Positions 10,232 through 25,200 of a stretch of 64,000 nt of DNA are shown piece by piece. Positions within the stretch are counted from its first letter, which is position 1. Every line of letters starts with the position of its first letter. A program made the position numbers and the translations under genes. Below the pieces are notes generated by a model. It searched no databases. It saw only the letters and a list, made by a program, of their open reading frames with translations, and was not told where the DNA came from. The DNA is from Tubiluchus corallicola. Its lineage: Eukaryota; Animalia; Priapulida. The stretch covers positions 453,974 to 517,973 of the forward strand of contig JAQGDQ010000130.1 in the NCBI GenBank assembly GCA_030141605.1. The letters run 5' to 3'.

Positions 10232-13200
10232 GTAAGTAAATAAATGTTATTATCAATATTGTACATAGAGCAACTTAGTGGCCTGATGCAGTTTGCAATT
10301 TAAATCTTACAATGTGTAAATTTCTGTGCAATCAATAGCTAATTATTTAAGCTAAGAAACAAGTTCTTCTAATGTGCTTTATCATACGTAAAGTGTGTCA
10401 ACTTAAAGGGCTTGTCATCGAAAATCGCTGAGAGGTCCTGTTGCATGGTTAGCAACCAAAGGCAGGTTCTTTGCACTTCTGGTCACAAGATTGATGACTA
10501 AGTTTACATGTGGATATGTAGCTTGTTAAAGAAGTATTTGTGTCTTAGCGTGACTAGTGCACAACTGTCACTTTAAAGTTTGATATTAAGAAGTTCCAGT
10601 TCTGCCACAACCTGTTGATGCATGATCTTAACCTTAGCATGATGAATTGAAAACAAAAAAATCTGATAATTGATTTACAGCTAGCAAAAAACTCTATTAC
10701 AAGAATATTGTGAAAAATATTCTGCAGACACTATTTTTGTCTATGTTCTAAGTTCTGCTTTAGATAATAATGCCAGTTTAATGCGTAACGAATGTATTAA
10801 TGTAGTAAAAGTTTAGCCTGGCTTTCTAAAGAATAAGGTCATTGTGGTAGCCAGGGAAACTTTCTTGATGTCATAGTAGTTATTATCCATGTGATGCATG
10901 ACATACTGTTTACTGTGGAGGTGATATGTCAACTAATACATAAGTTTCAGTACAATTGACTTTTGCCATTCAATTTATACGCCTCTAGTTTGTACTTTGT
11001 ACAATTTAATTTCAGACGTGTTTCGAGAATTTTTAAGAGAGGATTTTGATGTGAGAAGTCATGCGACAAAGGCCATTCAGAGCCTGGCAATTGTCGAACA
11101 CCTAGGAAAACTGACCAGTGGAATCACGTTACTGGACAAAGAGTTACAGTCCCAGGTTGAATGTTTTTTAAATATTTCATCTTTTTTTAAAACCGAATGC
11201 AACTTCTGTGGGCCTGTATGGCTCCTATAGGTCTGTGCCGCTCTTGTAAGTTCTTATAATAATAATTATTATTATTATTTTTTATGAACAATACACTGCA
11301 GCTCAGCACTCGTTACAATGAAATACAATTAGTTGTAAATTTTCAAAATTAAAATACAAATTTAAAGTATTAGTGAAAATGCTATCAATATAGGTTAAAA
11401 ACAGAAAAATAAACATTTCAAAAACAGGTATGTTTTAGCTGCTCACTCGAAAGTTCTTTAAATAGATTGAAAAATGTAATATATAATAGCAATCAGGTGA
11501 AATGATAGTTAAGTGAAATTAGGTAGATTGCTTCTGATTGTAAGTCTGTAATAAAATAATAATGAATAATATAAAAATGAGGATGAGACAAATCTAGTGC
11601 AATTACTTACTACAGTGTGTGTGAAATTCTAAATAGGTATGTCTTTATTCTTCGTTTAAAACAGTCCTTTGATTCGCCATCACATAGTTGACAGGGTAAC
11701 CTGTTCCACAAATGTGGCACATGTACAGAGAAGGCTGTTTCCCCATAGGTCTTGTTGAGCACTGATAGCTGGTATTTGTATGCCGAACTTAGAGCTCGAG
11801 CTGGCACATAATAACTAATTAAGTTCTGAAATGTATTGTTGTCCTAAAGTGTTTAATGTTTTAAACTGTTTCTGTAGGTTTACCTAGAAGTAATGACTTT
11901 GTTTAGCAACATTTTTCTTAACACTGCTATAGTGCATAATGTGCATTAACATAGTTAAGTGTAAACTTAATGTACTCAATTGTACATAGTGAATTTGCAA
12001 TAGCACATTACTTAACTGGCCATGAATATACTTACTGGTTTTGTATGAAATGTCTAGATGGTATGTTTAACGTTTCTTTCAACTGTGGAATTTGCCTTAA
12101 CTTTGTCTAATTCTACCATTTTGCAGGTATCGGCGCATCATGAAGATTTACTGTCTCAGGCTACAGGCATTGAGGCTCTTGAAGGTATGTACGTCTTGCT
12201 AAATGTACAGATATCTGCAAAAGTTATCCAGTTGGTAATGTGATCCAGTCAGCTAATTCATTTATTAGGTGTGGAATTTTTGCCGTAAACTCTTCGGACT
12301 GGTGTACCAGTGATGGGCGATTAATCAAATTAGTCCCGATTACAGCCATGTATAAATCGATATAATCCTTAATTGAATGTTAATTCAATTAACTGAGGTT
12401 AATCGGAAGCAAAATATACATGTTACACACTGACTAAAAGCAGTGTTTTACCATATATAAACGGCATCTTTGCATTCTTTCTTCATAATTCTTGCCTTGC
12501 ACAATATGCACAATTATAAACCATTCTGTTGGAAACTCAGAATTTCACAAAATCGTTGGCATGTAACAGGTATAGTGACTAGTCATACAGGTGTTAATAA
12601 AAAAGCAGTGCGGAGACAGAGACGAAAGCCGTGAAGAAGCTTATAGGTTATATTTCACTGTAATCATTTAAAAAATATGATTAAAATGCTAAAAAATCGT
12701 CACAAAATATTAATTGTGATATTTTCATTTACAAGAACAAGATTATAATCGAGTTACAAAATTTCAAAATCGTTCATCGTGTACAAATTTACAATCGCAT
12801 AATTTCTACTATAAATTTCATTTTTAAACATTGCATAATTGTTTAGCAAGTTTAATAAACAGGAGTCATTGACAGCCTTATATATTTTTTGTCACATAGG
12901 TGTGTTGGATATGATGCACACACGGATTCAGTCACTACAAGGGGCCATTGAAAGGTTAAATTAAATTAAATCTTCATGATTAAATTAAATCTAAGGCTGC
13001 CTGGCATGTATGTTGGATAACCATTGTACGGAAACAAGACAGGCGAAGTGGCATTGTTCATTTGACTGCAGAATTAGGCAACACTCGGGCTAGCAAATAA
13101 ATGGGTGAATGACTGTTGAAAAAACTGATTTTAGCTGGTTTCATTTGCCGTAGTGCCCCCTACTATCTACCTATATATGAGGAAGGATGTGTGTGGATCT

Positions 13201-16200
13201 CAATGGTTGCTAAAATGCATTAGCCAGTTCAGTCTTTAACCATACCGGGTCATGTCTCTTAAAAACTTCATGCTGGTCTACAGTGTGCTGAACTGCATTT
13301 GAAAACAAATACTAAAAAAATTGTATTTTGTTATGTAGCTCAAGAATTAAAGGTGAACATGTATAATGTTTTTTGTACGTACATGTGTTTGCGTGAGCAT
13401 GAGGGCATGCACATGTGTATATGTGTGTGTGCATGCGTGCATGCCTCATTAATGTACTTAGATGATTTGCTTGACAGAGTAGTTTACAGAATGATATATT
13501 GGCATTACTTAATAATCTAAACTTTTCATGCACAATTTATCTTTTATTGGACAATAGAATTCGGAATAAAGTTGTGGAGCCGTACAACAAAATTGCTAGT
13601 AGAACAGAACAACTTCGACGATTGCAGGTACTAATTTACTATAAATTTTTGGAGCTTTTAAATGCCTCAGCATCTGACTCTCAGACTCAATTTGGTAAGA
13701 AACAGTATTGTTGACATTATCCTAATAATTTCTTGATCATTCTTGCTTTTAATGTGGAATATAACAATTTTTTAAGTATTTTACTACATGTAGTAGTAGT
13801 AAAAATCTTTATTTGTCATAAAAGAATTGCATAAAGTATAGCAATTGTCAGTGTAGTTGTTTTAAAAACAAAACTGCTGAAGACAAATGCATCCAGTGCA
13901 AATTAGTTAAGAATAATAAAAACGTATCTAAAAACTACGTATGCATGGGGCCTATTAAATTTCAAGCTAAGCTAAAAATATATACAAATATATATATTGA
14001 CGACAGATATCAGCGACAAGCTTTTCACAACAGTAACATGTGAAATATGAAATGTATTTTTTATTTTCTTGTGTATTCCATATTAGGAAACATGTGACAT
14101 GCTGAGAGTGATAATCCGTGTTCTGTACCTCAGCAAACGACTTCATGGACAGTTGCAGGGCGGCACTCGAGAGATAACCAAGGCAGCCCAAAGTCTTAGT
14201 GAACTAGGTTTGAATTCATCATCTGAAAATTTTCTATTTTCCTTAACCCTGAGGAAGAAACCATAATAGTTTCAAAATGTCTGTTTTATAAGAAAGAATA
14301 AAAGTAGAATTCTTCATTAAAAACATTCATGAATCCGTCTATGATTTTTGTTCTATTGCTATTTTCAATAATGGATGCCAAATCGATTAAATTCAGTATT
14401 CAGTATGTTTTTATTCTACATTTAGTGTGAGAGCTGTATCTACACACCACTGATCATATTTTCTGCATATTAAAACCTTTCCTTGATGTGTATGTCATTT
14501 TGCGCTTCTCTAGTTTTTGTGCTGAAATTTTTTACGATATCAGTTCGAATTTTTTTGTACCAAATTGGGCAAAATTAGTCCCGCCTTTGTTTCAGTAAGC
14601 TCTAAATGTCAAAACTTAGCTTGTAACACTTTCTTTAGGGAACTGTGTTATTATATGCCACTTTCACAATGACCATTTAGCCATTTGACTCTGTAGAAAA
14701 AGTAAATAAATTAACACTTTAATGTACTTTCAGTTTTATATGAAAGGTAAAACTGGAACAATCTTCGAACTGCATGGCTGATTCAGATAGGTATTCAGTT
14801 ATTTTAGTGAACTAGAACTCGGATCTTAGCACTATGGGAAAAACATGCTTTTATTTAGTGTTGAAGAATAATTTAAGAATTATTATTTTTGTAGACTATC
14901 TGGCAAAAGATGTTGATTTGTCAGGCATTGAAGTAATTGCAGAAGATCAGAGGTTCACTAGAAATGCACACAGAGAGGTTGAAAGTCAGGCTCACAAGTT
15001 GCTATCCCAGGGAATGGAATCTCAGGTAATTTATATATGTAAAGATTAAAAAACCGGTCTGTCTGAATATGTTACTGATGCACACGCATACTGCAGCGCA
15101 CAATATTACCTCCAAGTGTAGTGTACCATAAGTACCAGCATGGTTTCGGGCCCTGAAAAATTTTCAGGCTTTGTGTCAATATATTAGTTTAAGTCACTGC
15201 CCCTCTTCCAAATATATCAGCATAAATAACACTCTATTGTGAGCTACAAGGAGGAAAATCTGAGGTCTGCTCTGTCATTTTGGCTGGAAACTCAGCTGGT
15301 AGACCATGGGAGTACTAATCCCATCTCTGCTTCAAATCCCGACCAGCCCACAATTTTTCGACGTCTCCTTTCTCCAACTCATTACCCTCAATGTATAATA
15401 ATTGGTAAAATAAAATAAGTTGGCATTAAAATTCTGGCAGTCACAGTAATTAACAAAAGAACACTGTTTAAGACGTCCTGTTATATGTATTCAGTTAGTG
15501 GCCTTTTAGAGGGTTTTAGAGGGTCCCAAATTCGAAATCAGCCTCCCCATTCTGTTTGTATAATGACATCTGATATGACAACCAAAATGACAATCCAAAA
15601 TAACACCCACAATGCAGTTATTGACTCAGCTAGTTATTTATATCACTGTGGTTGAGTTATTGTATAAAAATGTTTGGTTTGATACACACGTTCCTTTTTA
15701 TGTGATTTTTATGGCTGTTGGTTTGTAAGGCGTCATTTTTGATACGTCTGCCAGGTAACGGTTTTGAATATAACTTTTTAATTTTAAGTTTCAGTATATT
15801 TAAAAATATAGCTGCTAAGGTACTTTATACACATGCATGTTAGGAATTGTCACATTTTGCCTTTCTATTTGCTGAGAAATTTGAGAAGCCCTCACTGCTT
15901 AGAGATTTTCAATATATATGGCTTTATTTAATACAACATTTGTGTTAATGTTTGCCAACAATAATAATGCTTTTGTTTCCACCTAACCGTCCGGGTAATA
16001 ACTTTTTATTGCACATCCATCCCTGAAATTTTGTAATTTTTTACAAGTTCATATGCTTACCTGAAGCAGTCATATAAAAGCGTATTTTTAATTTAAAATG
16101 TAAAAAGCAATGGTAATTATAACATCGTTCTTTTCGCGGAGACACCGCCATGTTTTTCTATGACTAACACTCTGCCAGGGTTGCCGTTTTGTATGATGCT

Positions 16201-19200
16201 GATAATACAATATATTAATGTATTGGGGTTTAAAGAATACAGTATTTTTCACCTAATCAGGATATTAATGACCGAAAAGTGTTGATGACAGAACAAAGTT
16301 TCATACCATACAAAAAAGAGACTATAAGATAATCATTAATCATACCACATTTAGTAATGCTGAACAAAAACAAGGCATGAAAATTGTTCATCGAAAAAAT
16401 TTGAAACATTACTGCTAACCAGTGGGAAATAAACAAACTTTAATTTCAACTGATTTTAAATATTCCACGATTCAGCTTTAAACATTCACAAAACATTGTA
16501 AATGTTCTTGTAAATGCTTAACAAATAACTTTGTTAAACATTCACAAAAATTTTGAAAGAGATTTTTCTTCCCTTCCTACTGACTTCTTTTGAGTTCCTG
16601 AGGTAAGACAGAAACATTTTTTTCACGGTTAGCCTTGATATCAGTAAATTATTTGTATATGCCCCAAGATTTTTCTTGTCATATAAAGGTAAAAGTTTTA
16701 AAGCATTTGCTTGATGTTTTTCCTTTGTAAATTGCTTAAAAAAATTCGTTTTAGTATCATTTTTGAAGTGTTGTCCAGCTAATTTTAAGTTCTTTATTCA
16801 CCATGTTAGAATCAGACTCAAGTGGCAACGGCTCTGCAAGTATTCTTTAACTTGGGAACTTTGCAGCAGACTGTGGAAAAGGTCATTACTGACTGTCGAG
16901 ACAATCTCCATTGTAGCGTACAAGCCACACTAGACATAGAAACTATACAGCAAGTGCAACCAATGCCTGGTAAGGGTAAAGGTAAAATTGAAAAAGATAA
17001 GGTTAAAATTGAGCTGGTTGGTATATGCTATAGTTATTTTTATTGTATCAGCTTTAGTGTTAAAATGTGTGATATAAACTATCAGTTTTGATAGGTGCAT
17101 GTTGAACAGTTGCAGTTATAAATAATAACATAATATTGATACGTGGGTAAAGTTCAGAGACCCAATATATGTGTGTTTGCATAACAAGTCTCCTTAAGTC
17201 GGTAATTAAGCTTTTCTAGTTACTCACATGTCCTGAATCTCCATTTCCTGAGAATCATTGTGTTACCAAGCTCATCACTCTATGTTATTTCTAAGCTGAG
17301 GTAATCCACATTGTAGCTGTGACTGCATACAGAAAAACGTAGTCTTGAGAAAATCGCATTTAAAATTTGCCATTGTTTTTTTGTCACGTTTCTATAAAAG
17401 TAGCAATCATACAAAATGTTGGTTGCTGTGGACTTTGTAAGATCACATTGAAGTTTTGTTTAAATCCAGTAGATGGCTCTTCCAGATGAAGATTTGGGCT
17501 TGGCAACTGAAAAAAGCTGCAAGCAAAATGATTGCTTTCCATGAGTTACTATTGGAGCTCGAAAATAAGTTTTTCACAATTGCAATACTAGTAGAGAGAA
17601 GTGGGAGCGGAATAAATTTTTAGTAACTTTTGAACATTTTCTTCCTGATTTATATACTAGAATATAATAGTTCAATATATTTAGCTTTCATTTTTATATT
17701 AAAACAAAAAATTGATATTTGACCCAATTTTTTGTGTGTTTAACTTGGAAGCATCATAACATCGTTTTAACTATGCTGACTTATGGGTGCTAAGTTTGCA
17801 AGCACACATATAAGGATGTCGTAGTTCCCTATATCATATCAGATTTGATTTAAATCCATCAGCTAAATCTTACAATTCTGTAAGTCATTCTTACTGACAC
17901 CCCATTAATCGATGATCTATTTTAATGGCTGTCAATTTTTGCCGCGTGTTTCATCATTCATTGATGAACTTTTTATTAACTTTAACCTTACTCATATGAC
18001 ACTTCATTATACTGTTGCCTTCCATAAAGCCACTTATAACATAAATCTATAGTTTCAATTGTGTTTTTGTTTCCGAGCAGCCAGCCAGTTGCTAATATCA
18101 CAGCTAATATGGATATATCACAAAGTTTCACCAAAATCAGAAAGAAAACCTGGAAGCTTATGATCAGAATTTGGCACTTATTAAAGTATTAAACTACTAT
18201 ACGAAATTACTTTAAGATTTCCGAATTAAAAGTGCAAAGTAGCAGCAAAACTCGTAAAATGTTTAATTAACATAATACGTTACATAATTTCGAATTCGTT
18301 CAGGTGCTCCGGGCCGTGCAACCATGCCTGCTCCAGGCAATACTGCTCAGTATCGAGCCACGTTGTGGACAAACATGGGAAAACTGATGGATAGTATTTA
18401 TTCCGCTTGTAGCCAGGTGGAGCATCTGCAGAAAGTGCTGGAAAAGAAGAGAGATCCAGTCACCCACGTGTGTTTTATTGACACGTTATTAAAGGTGCTT
18501 GGTGTTTCTTATAGTTGACTGCTAATATGTGCATATGTTTGCTGATTTTGAGGACATAACCTCTTGCTAATATCACACAATGCCACTAATTTTTGTATTA
18601 GGCATATTGCTTATGAGTATGTTAATATATGCTGTAATGATGTAATTGTCTTGGCATGTACCAGTTTGCAAATGCTAACAGTTGACGGTCAACTTCTTTG
18701 TATGCATCTATGAATTAGCGATATAATTGCACTTGATGTTAGAGAATCCGTAGTTGGCTGTAAGATCCTATCAGCAGTAACTTCGTAATACTCTCATGAA
18801 TTAGCCTGAATGACACAAGGTTTAACTTGAATTCATACCCATTTACAAGTGCTGAAGGGCCTCAATATCTGGGCCTAATTGTTGTTGCAACAAATATAAT
18901 ATCATGCAGTATTTAGTGGATTATTAAACAAAATCACCTTTTCGTTCAAAACTATGCCTTTGTGGCAAAAATTGTTTACTTTAAGTCATTATCATTATCT
19001 TGCTTATTTTTTAAGCATGGACTTTTCTCGCAGCTTGGCTAGTTCATATTTAAGGTTGGATCAAAATAGCTGAAAGTACCTGCTTGTGTAATAGCTGCAG
19101 CAAGCAGCTTGTAAATATTACCAATAATAGCTGCACTAACATCTAAGAAACTAACATCTCATGTCACTGCTATGAATGTGTTAACATAATTGCATTACAC

Positions 19201-22200
19201 AAATTGCAAATACCATGGTACTTGCAAAGAATTCACATATGTGCCAAATATGTCTGTAGTCTCTATTGGCAGCTTGGTTACTGTTAGTGATGGGCGATTA
19301 ATAGATTGATTGAATTACAACTATGTATAAATTGATGTAATTGGCGATTGAACAGTAATTCAATTAATCGAGAGTAAAATGTAGGCGTTACACACTGCCT
19401 AAAAGGTAGTGTTTTAGCACAAATAAACGGAATCCTTAAATAAGGCGCACCATTGCCGACTACAGTGTTGCAAACTGGGGAGTTCAAATTCGTTTTCATG
19501 TGGCGCATGTAGTGACATAGTAACAGAGTATCTAATGAATGCCAGTGTCTGTAAAAATAGTTTGCGAGTACAAAAATGGCAGACAGCTACAAAAGCTGTA
19601 AAGAAGTTTGTAGGCTATATAGCAGTGCTGCAATGTTTGAAAATATAGTTACAACATTAAAAAATTGCAAGAACAAGATTATAATCGAATTACAAAATTT
19701 CAAAATTGCCCATCACTACTTGCTGCCCTAGTTGTATCAAACTAACACAAAAAATATCTTCTTATTTGTTTTGTTTTTATCTGGTAAAGATGGCAGCATT
19801 GGCGGTTCTTAGCTTAGATTAGCGGGGGTTGTGCTTCAGAAAATTGTTACCATTGTTTTAATATTGTGTAAAACAAATGATACACAATATTGTGTGGGGT
19901 TGCAAGGATGCCATGATTAAATTATTTAAATTTTTTTTAAACCGAAAAAACAATGGATTAAATGTTATAGCTGAAAGCATCATAATCATTTAATTCTACA
20001 CTTTATCACATTCACTAATAGAGTACACAGTTTTTAAGCACAGCACATACTGTGTTAAAAAGAAACACTACTTGCACAACAGGATTGGCACTGCTTGTAC
20101 AACAGTGCTCTCTCTCTAGTGTACAGGTTCTTACCTTGGACATGTGTGCATGGCTGCATGTGCACAACAGTTGAACACCACATCGCTGGAACTGTTTACA
20201 AGCATGTACAAGTATAAAGAAGGAATTAAAGCGAAAAGACTTATTATATTGAATGTTATCAATAATATCGAGTGAAAATAGGGGTGCTACAGTTCCACAG
20301 TGAATATTCGCGAGCCGTCACTGGATGGCAGTATCTTAAAATGCATTACTACAAATTTGTGAATGCTGCATGTATTGTTTTTGTGTTAAATTACTTCTAG
20401 AATGGGCAGACAAGTATCGCACAGTCATTTTGGGAATCAATTACGCAAATCCTTACAGAAGAATTTGGCAAAGCAGCTGACAGTAAGTTTCTTTGTAAAT
20501 TTTTTTGTGCAATATGACAATAATACTTCTTTTTTCTGTATTTTACAAAAGTTAATAAGCAAATGTATTCAGGGAATGCGATTACGTTTCTTTGAAGTTA
20601 TCTGTTTGCTGTGTTTATATTAATTTACTTACATTTTTAGCATTTCTTCTTGTAAAATTTATTGCTGTTTCGACCTCTCGCTTTTCGAATGTAATGTCCG
20701 TATGACTCTTGTGCTACCCTTACATCAACAGGTCCCTTAATAGCATTGTTTCATTTGTGTTTGAGTTTTTTTTTTAAACATTCCACCCTTTGAATCACGA
20801 TTACGTTTTTACTTATTTAGAGACTGATTTTTTTTGCAATATTAAAATGCTATGTTGTCAAATTGCAACAGAATTAACACAACATTGTTTTACTAAGGAG
20901 CGAATTGTCTTATTAATTTGGAATTTTGCAAATCCTTGGATCTCTTTCGCAGAAATTTCAAGATCTTACATTAACAAAAGCTATCTTGTCAACTTTTGGG
21001 TTACAAGTACTACATTCCATTATCAGGATTAGTATTAAGGTGTATCTTTTATAATTTCAACATATTATAATTATCTTATGCTTTCAGACTCGTCGTTTCT
21101 CAAACAAGCATTTGAAGGTGAATATCCGAAGCTTTTACGTCTCTATAATGATCTGTGGCAGCGACTGCAGCAGTTCACAGCCAAGTTGTCGGCAGCTTCT
21201 GCCCAGGATTCACCTACAGTCGATCTGCAATCTACACGTGTTTCAGACTCTGATTTTAGGTATCTGAAGTTATTTAGTAGTATCTAGCAGGCTGTGAGAT
21301 AACTGAGTAGTTATGGTGCATGTTTGGCTGCAAAGATAAAATTGAAGAAAAAGCAATTTTAAAGTATGTCCCAAAAAACTTTCCACGCAATGTTATATTA
21401 CTTAGCATTACGCGTACATGCTTGAGTGACTTATGTAACTAAAAAAAAAGAAAATTCTTAATAATTTAAAATGCTTGTACCAACTAGTAAAATATCACTG
21501 ATTCGCCTACCCAGTGTGCAAGCAATGATTCACCAAAAAACATGTTTTTAATCTTATTGACAAGATGCAGCAATTTGCACTTTTGTTTAGGTAGCAAAAA
21601 GCATACTATGAAGGCTGTGATTATTTTTCAAAAAAACTTTATGCAATATTACCTAAACTCGTTTCAAACATTCTACAATCAAATTGGCTGTGTCCAATGG
21701 TCATCGTGGGAGTTCTAATTTTTGTGCAAGCTTTGTGCAAATACTCAAAACAATATTTTCCAACTTTATGTAAGTAAAGTATTTTCTTGTACTTTAAGCA
21801 ATGTTGGACTTGGTTAGTAAATAAAAGATGATCCCAGTAAAGACTCATTTGGACAGTTTTATCTGCTAAACTGCCTCCTGCTGTTTACTTTGTTTATGCA
21901 AGATATCTAGACATGCGTAAGAAACCACGACTGGTTTAGTGTCTCACCTTAAAGAATTATTGTATCATATCACTGTGTTCATGACATTCGCCAAAACCTA
22001 GTGGCAAAAATTAAGAGTCTTAGTTCAGGACCTTTTTACCAAAGTTAGACTTTGATACTTTGATAGTTCCATTTAATACTAGCAGTTTTAGTATGTGTTA
22101 AACTCTTAATGTATAACAGTGTGCCAAATAAAAAACATCCTGTATTGGTGGACATATGCTCAAAACTTGTTCATTTTGATTTTTTATCACTATCGTTGTT

Positions 22201-25200
22201 AACGGTATTAAATTTGAAGCACTGCCATTTTTCATTGCGCGAGACAAATGATGTAATGAGTACAATCACGAGGTCACCAAAGATCAGTAAACAAACATTG
22301 GTAACTAAAGACGCTTTCTGTATTTTGTACATCATTCTCGCTCACTCACGCCAAAGACGCGAAACAAGGCGATCTTTACGGAAATGCTCGCGTTCGAAAT
22401 TCAACAGAAAAAGGTAAGTTTTTTAATCTGTAAGTCTCTTTTGTTTAATAACAACTATGAATTATTTGCGTTAATCATAATAATGCATTAAAAAAACTTC
22501 AATGTCTGTTGGGGTTATGTTGGCCTTTAATGCAATATTCATTGTAAGTTTTATATTGGAAACCACGTGAAAATGATCCTTCTAGAAAAAACTGCCTGGT
22601 AAAGAACTTGCAAATTTTCTTTGATCTTGCTTAATGTTTACAAATATTATTAATAGTTTATTGTTTGCTTTTTTCTAGTCCTGAGGAAGCCATGCGCAGG
22701 TCGCTGACACCGTTTGAAAATGCATACCTTTCCCGCTCTCTCTCAAGGCTATTTGATCCTATCAACTTAGCCTTTTCATCTCCTTCTGGAGGACCGCCCA
22801 CGCAAGAGGAAATTGATGGAATCACACGTACGATTAGCAGGTAAGTTTTTATGATTCTCTGCTTACATTGCAGCATGGTAATAGTATATCAAATTCACGA
22901 CAGTGGCATCATGACCACGACAATTTATTAATTTATTCATTCTCGGCATTATGATTATCACCATTATCACTGCCGTAGTTGATCTTTTTGTGTTCATTGT
23001 CGTTATTGTCATCATCATCGTAGCAGTCTATAATGAATAACTAGGGAGATTGGTTTATTAACATGTCTCGTGTACAGTACAGGAAATACGTATCATTATC
23101 TGAATGTAAAATTTAATGATGTAGTTAAAAAAACAACACAACTTTATCAGAACTTTTACTTTAAAAAGTTAAAATTATGCTGTCATCATCAGTGGTAAAT
23201 TTCCAAACATACAACCAGTTTATATAGGCAGAGCCTATTATGCACTAATTAAGCAGTTAACAGAAGCCAAATAGGTAATGAGTAAGCAGACCAGTAAAGA
23301 AATTGATACAGTGACTAATAGCTAAGTGTTCGAAATTACAGTTAAAGGAATTGAACTGCTTTGTACATTAAGAGAAGGCTTATTAGGGTATAACTCTGGT
23401 CACAATGCTGAAATTATTAAAATCAGCTTTGGTGGCCAGAGGCGCAAATATGGTCATTAGTGCTGGATTGAGGAGAATTTTTTAATTTTTTGCCAGTTCT
23501 AGATGAAATACCCAAATGTTCACAAATTCTTACTTTAAAGTATCTGGATGTTTTGCCATGGTAAAACATCCAGACACTTTAAAGTGATAATTTGCACCTC
23601 TGCCACCACATCACTCATCTGGAGTTTCAATGCTGTCTGTATGTTGCAATATGATGCAGGGACCACACTGATGAGCAGTACTGGTGTTTTGCATTTTTTT
23701 GTTTGTTCTCTAGTGAGTTGATTGTATCAAACGTCGATAGCAAGTTGAGCGTCAAGATTGCCAAAAACGTGTCAAAGACGATACAACTCATTGCTGTGAA
23801 GAGTGAACAGTTGCTGTCTGCTGACGACGATGCTACTCAAGTTATTGCGCCAGCCAATCACAGTCAGCGTAACAATGCTGCAGTGGTTAACGTGCTTTAT
23901 CGTACTCATAAGTCTCTTAGTAAGGTATAAAATATGCCGGACCATAAGTGTTTTAATAAAAACATTTTTGTGATTTTTAGTACACAGTTTGGTACACAGT
24001 GAGTTGAACTCCAGCACTCAATGGCATCACTGTCTTATTATGTTAAGTGTATGTGGCAGGACTGGAACTTGTCCCTTTCTCAAGGATACTAGTTCTCTGT
24101 AATGAGACACTGATCCAGTGCAAATGCGTTGGCAAGGTTCTAATGTATGTACAGCCTGTTACAACAAGAAAACATAGTGCAGTTTCAGGGTGTCAGATGA
24201 AACTGCCTACAAATCCTTTTTTGTGGTCACTAATCCTTTTACTAGTCAGACTCAATGCAGCTTAACTATATAATTTTTTCCTCAAAGCTTTTGAATGTTA
24301 ATGAACTGTGAATGAAAGTGTTCACTATGAGTGCGTGACTGCATCGTAAAATATTTTCCAGTGAGTAATAAGCTTTTCAAGCCAAAAGTAAAACAAAGGC
24401 AGTTCATTTGAAGACCAGTTTTTCTTAGACTTGGTCATGTTATTTTTTATCAATTGCTTACTGTTTCCGCATTCCCACAGAATACACTTTTTGTTGATGT
24501 ACAGTTGCTGTAGTTTAATAATTATGTAGTTTAGTTTTTATAGTTTTTATATTTGCGTACTTAGTAGACGTAGTAATTGTATGAACTCACAATTACTAAA
24601 ATTCTTTTATGAATATTCAGTGGATCCGGATTTTTACATTTCTTCCATTGGCTACATTTGATTTAATGATTAAACTGTGAGTTTGTACCACAATAGTTGA
24701 TAAGATTCGAAGTTAGGATTATAAATGATTAATAACAACAGTGTTTACAGTGTAGTACTATTTTTTACGGTAGTTTTTAGCAATGTACATAAAATATCAG
24801 CTTTAAAACACGACTGTAATGCTGCAAATGCTAATTTCTAACCTGATTTATTTTGACATTCAGTATTTTAATATCCGAAATGTTCAGATAATATTTACAC
24901 TGGAACATTATGCACTTATAGGTAATCGCAGGACTGTCTGGGTTTCCGGATTCAGCCATGACTCACATGAAAACATCGTTACAGGTATATTCACCTGCTA
25001 AAAGTAATTTAGTTGCACCTGCATTTGCCTATCATAGCTATTGGTTATGAATGGTAGACATTAATAATGTCTATTATACAATTAATTTACGTGGCTGTGA
25101 AATAATTTATGACTTTTTATGTTTTGTGATATTATAATATATTTGATTTTCAGTCTTTATCTTCACTGATGAGCACGGCAATCCAACCTTTGCTTGCAGC

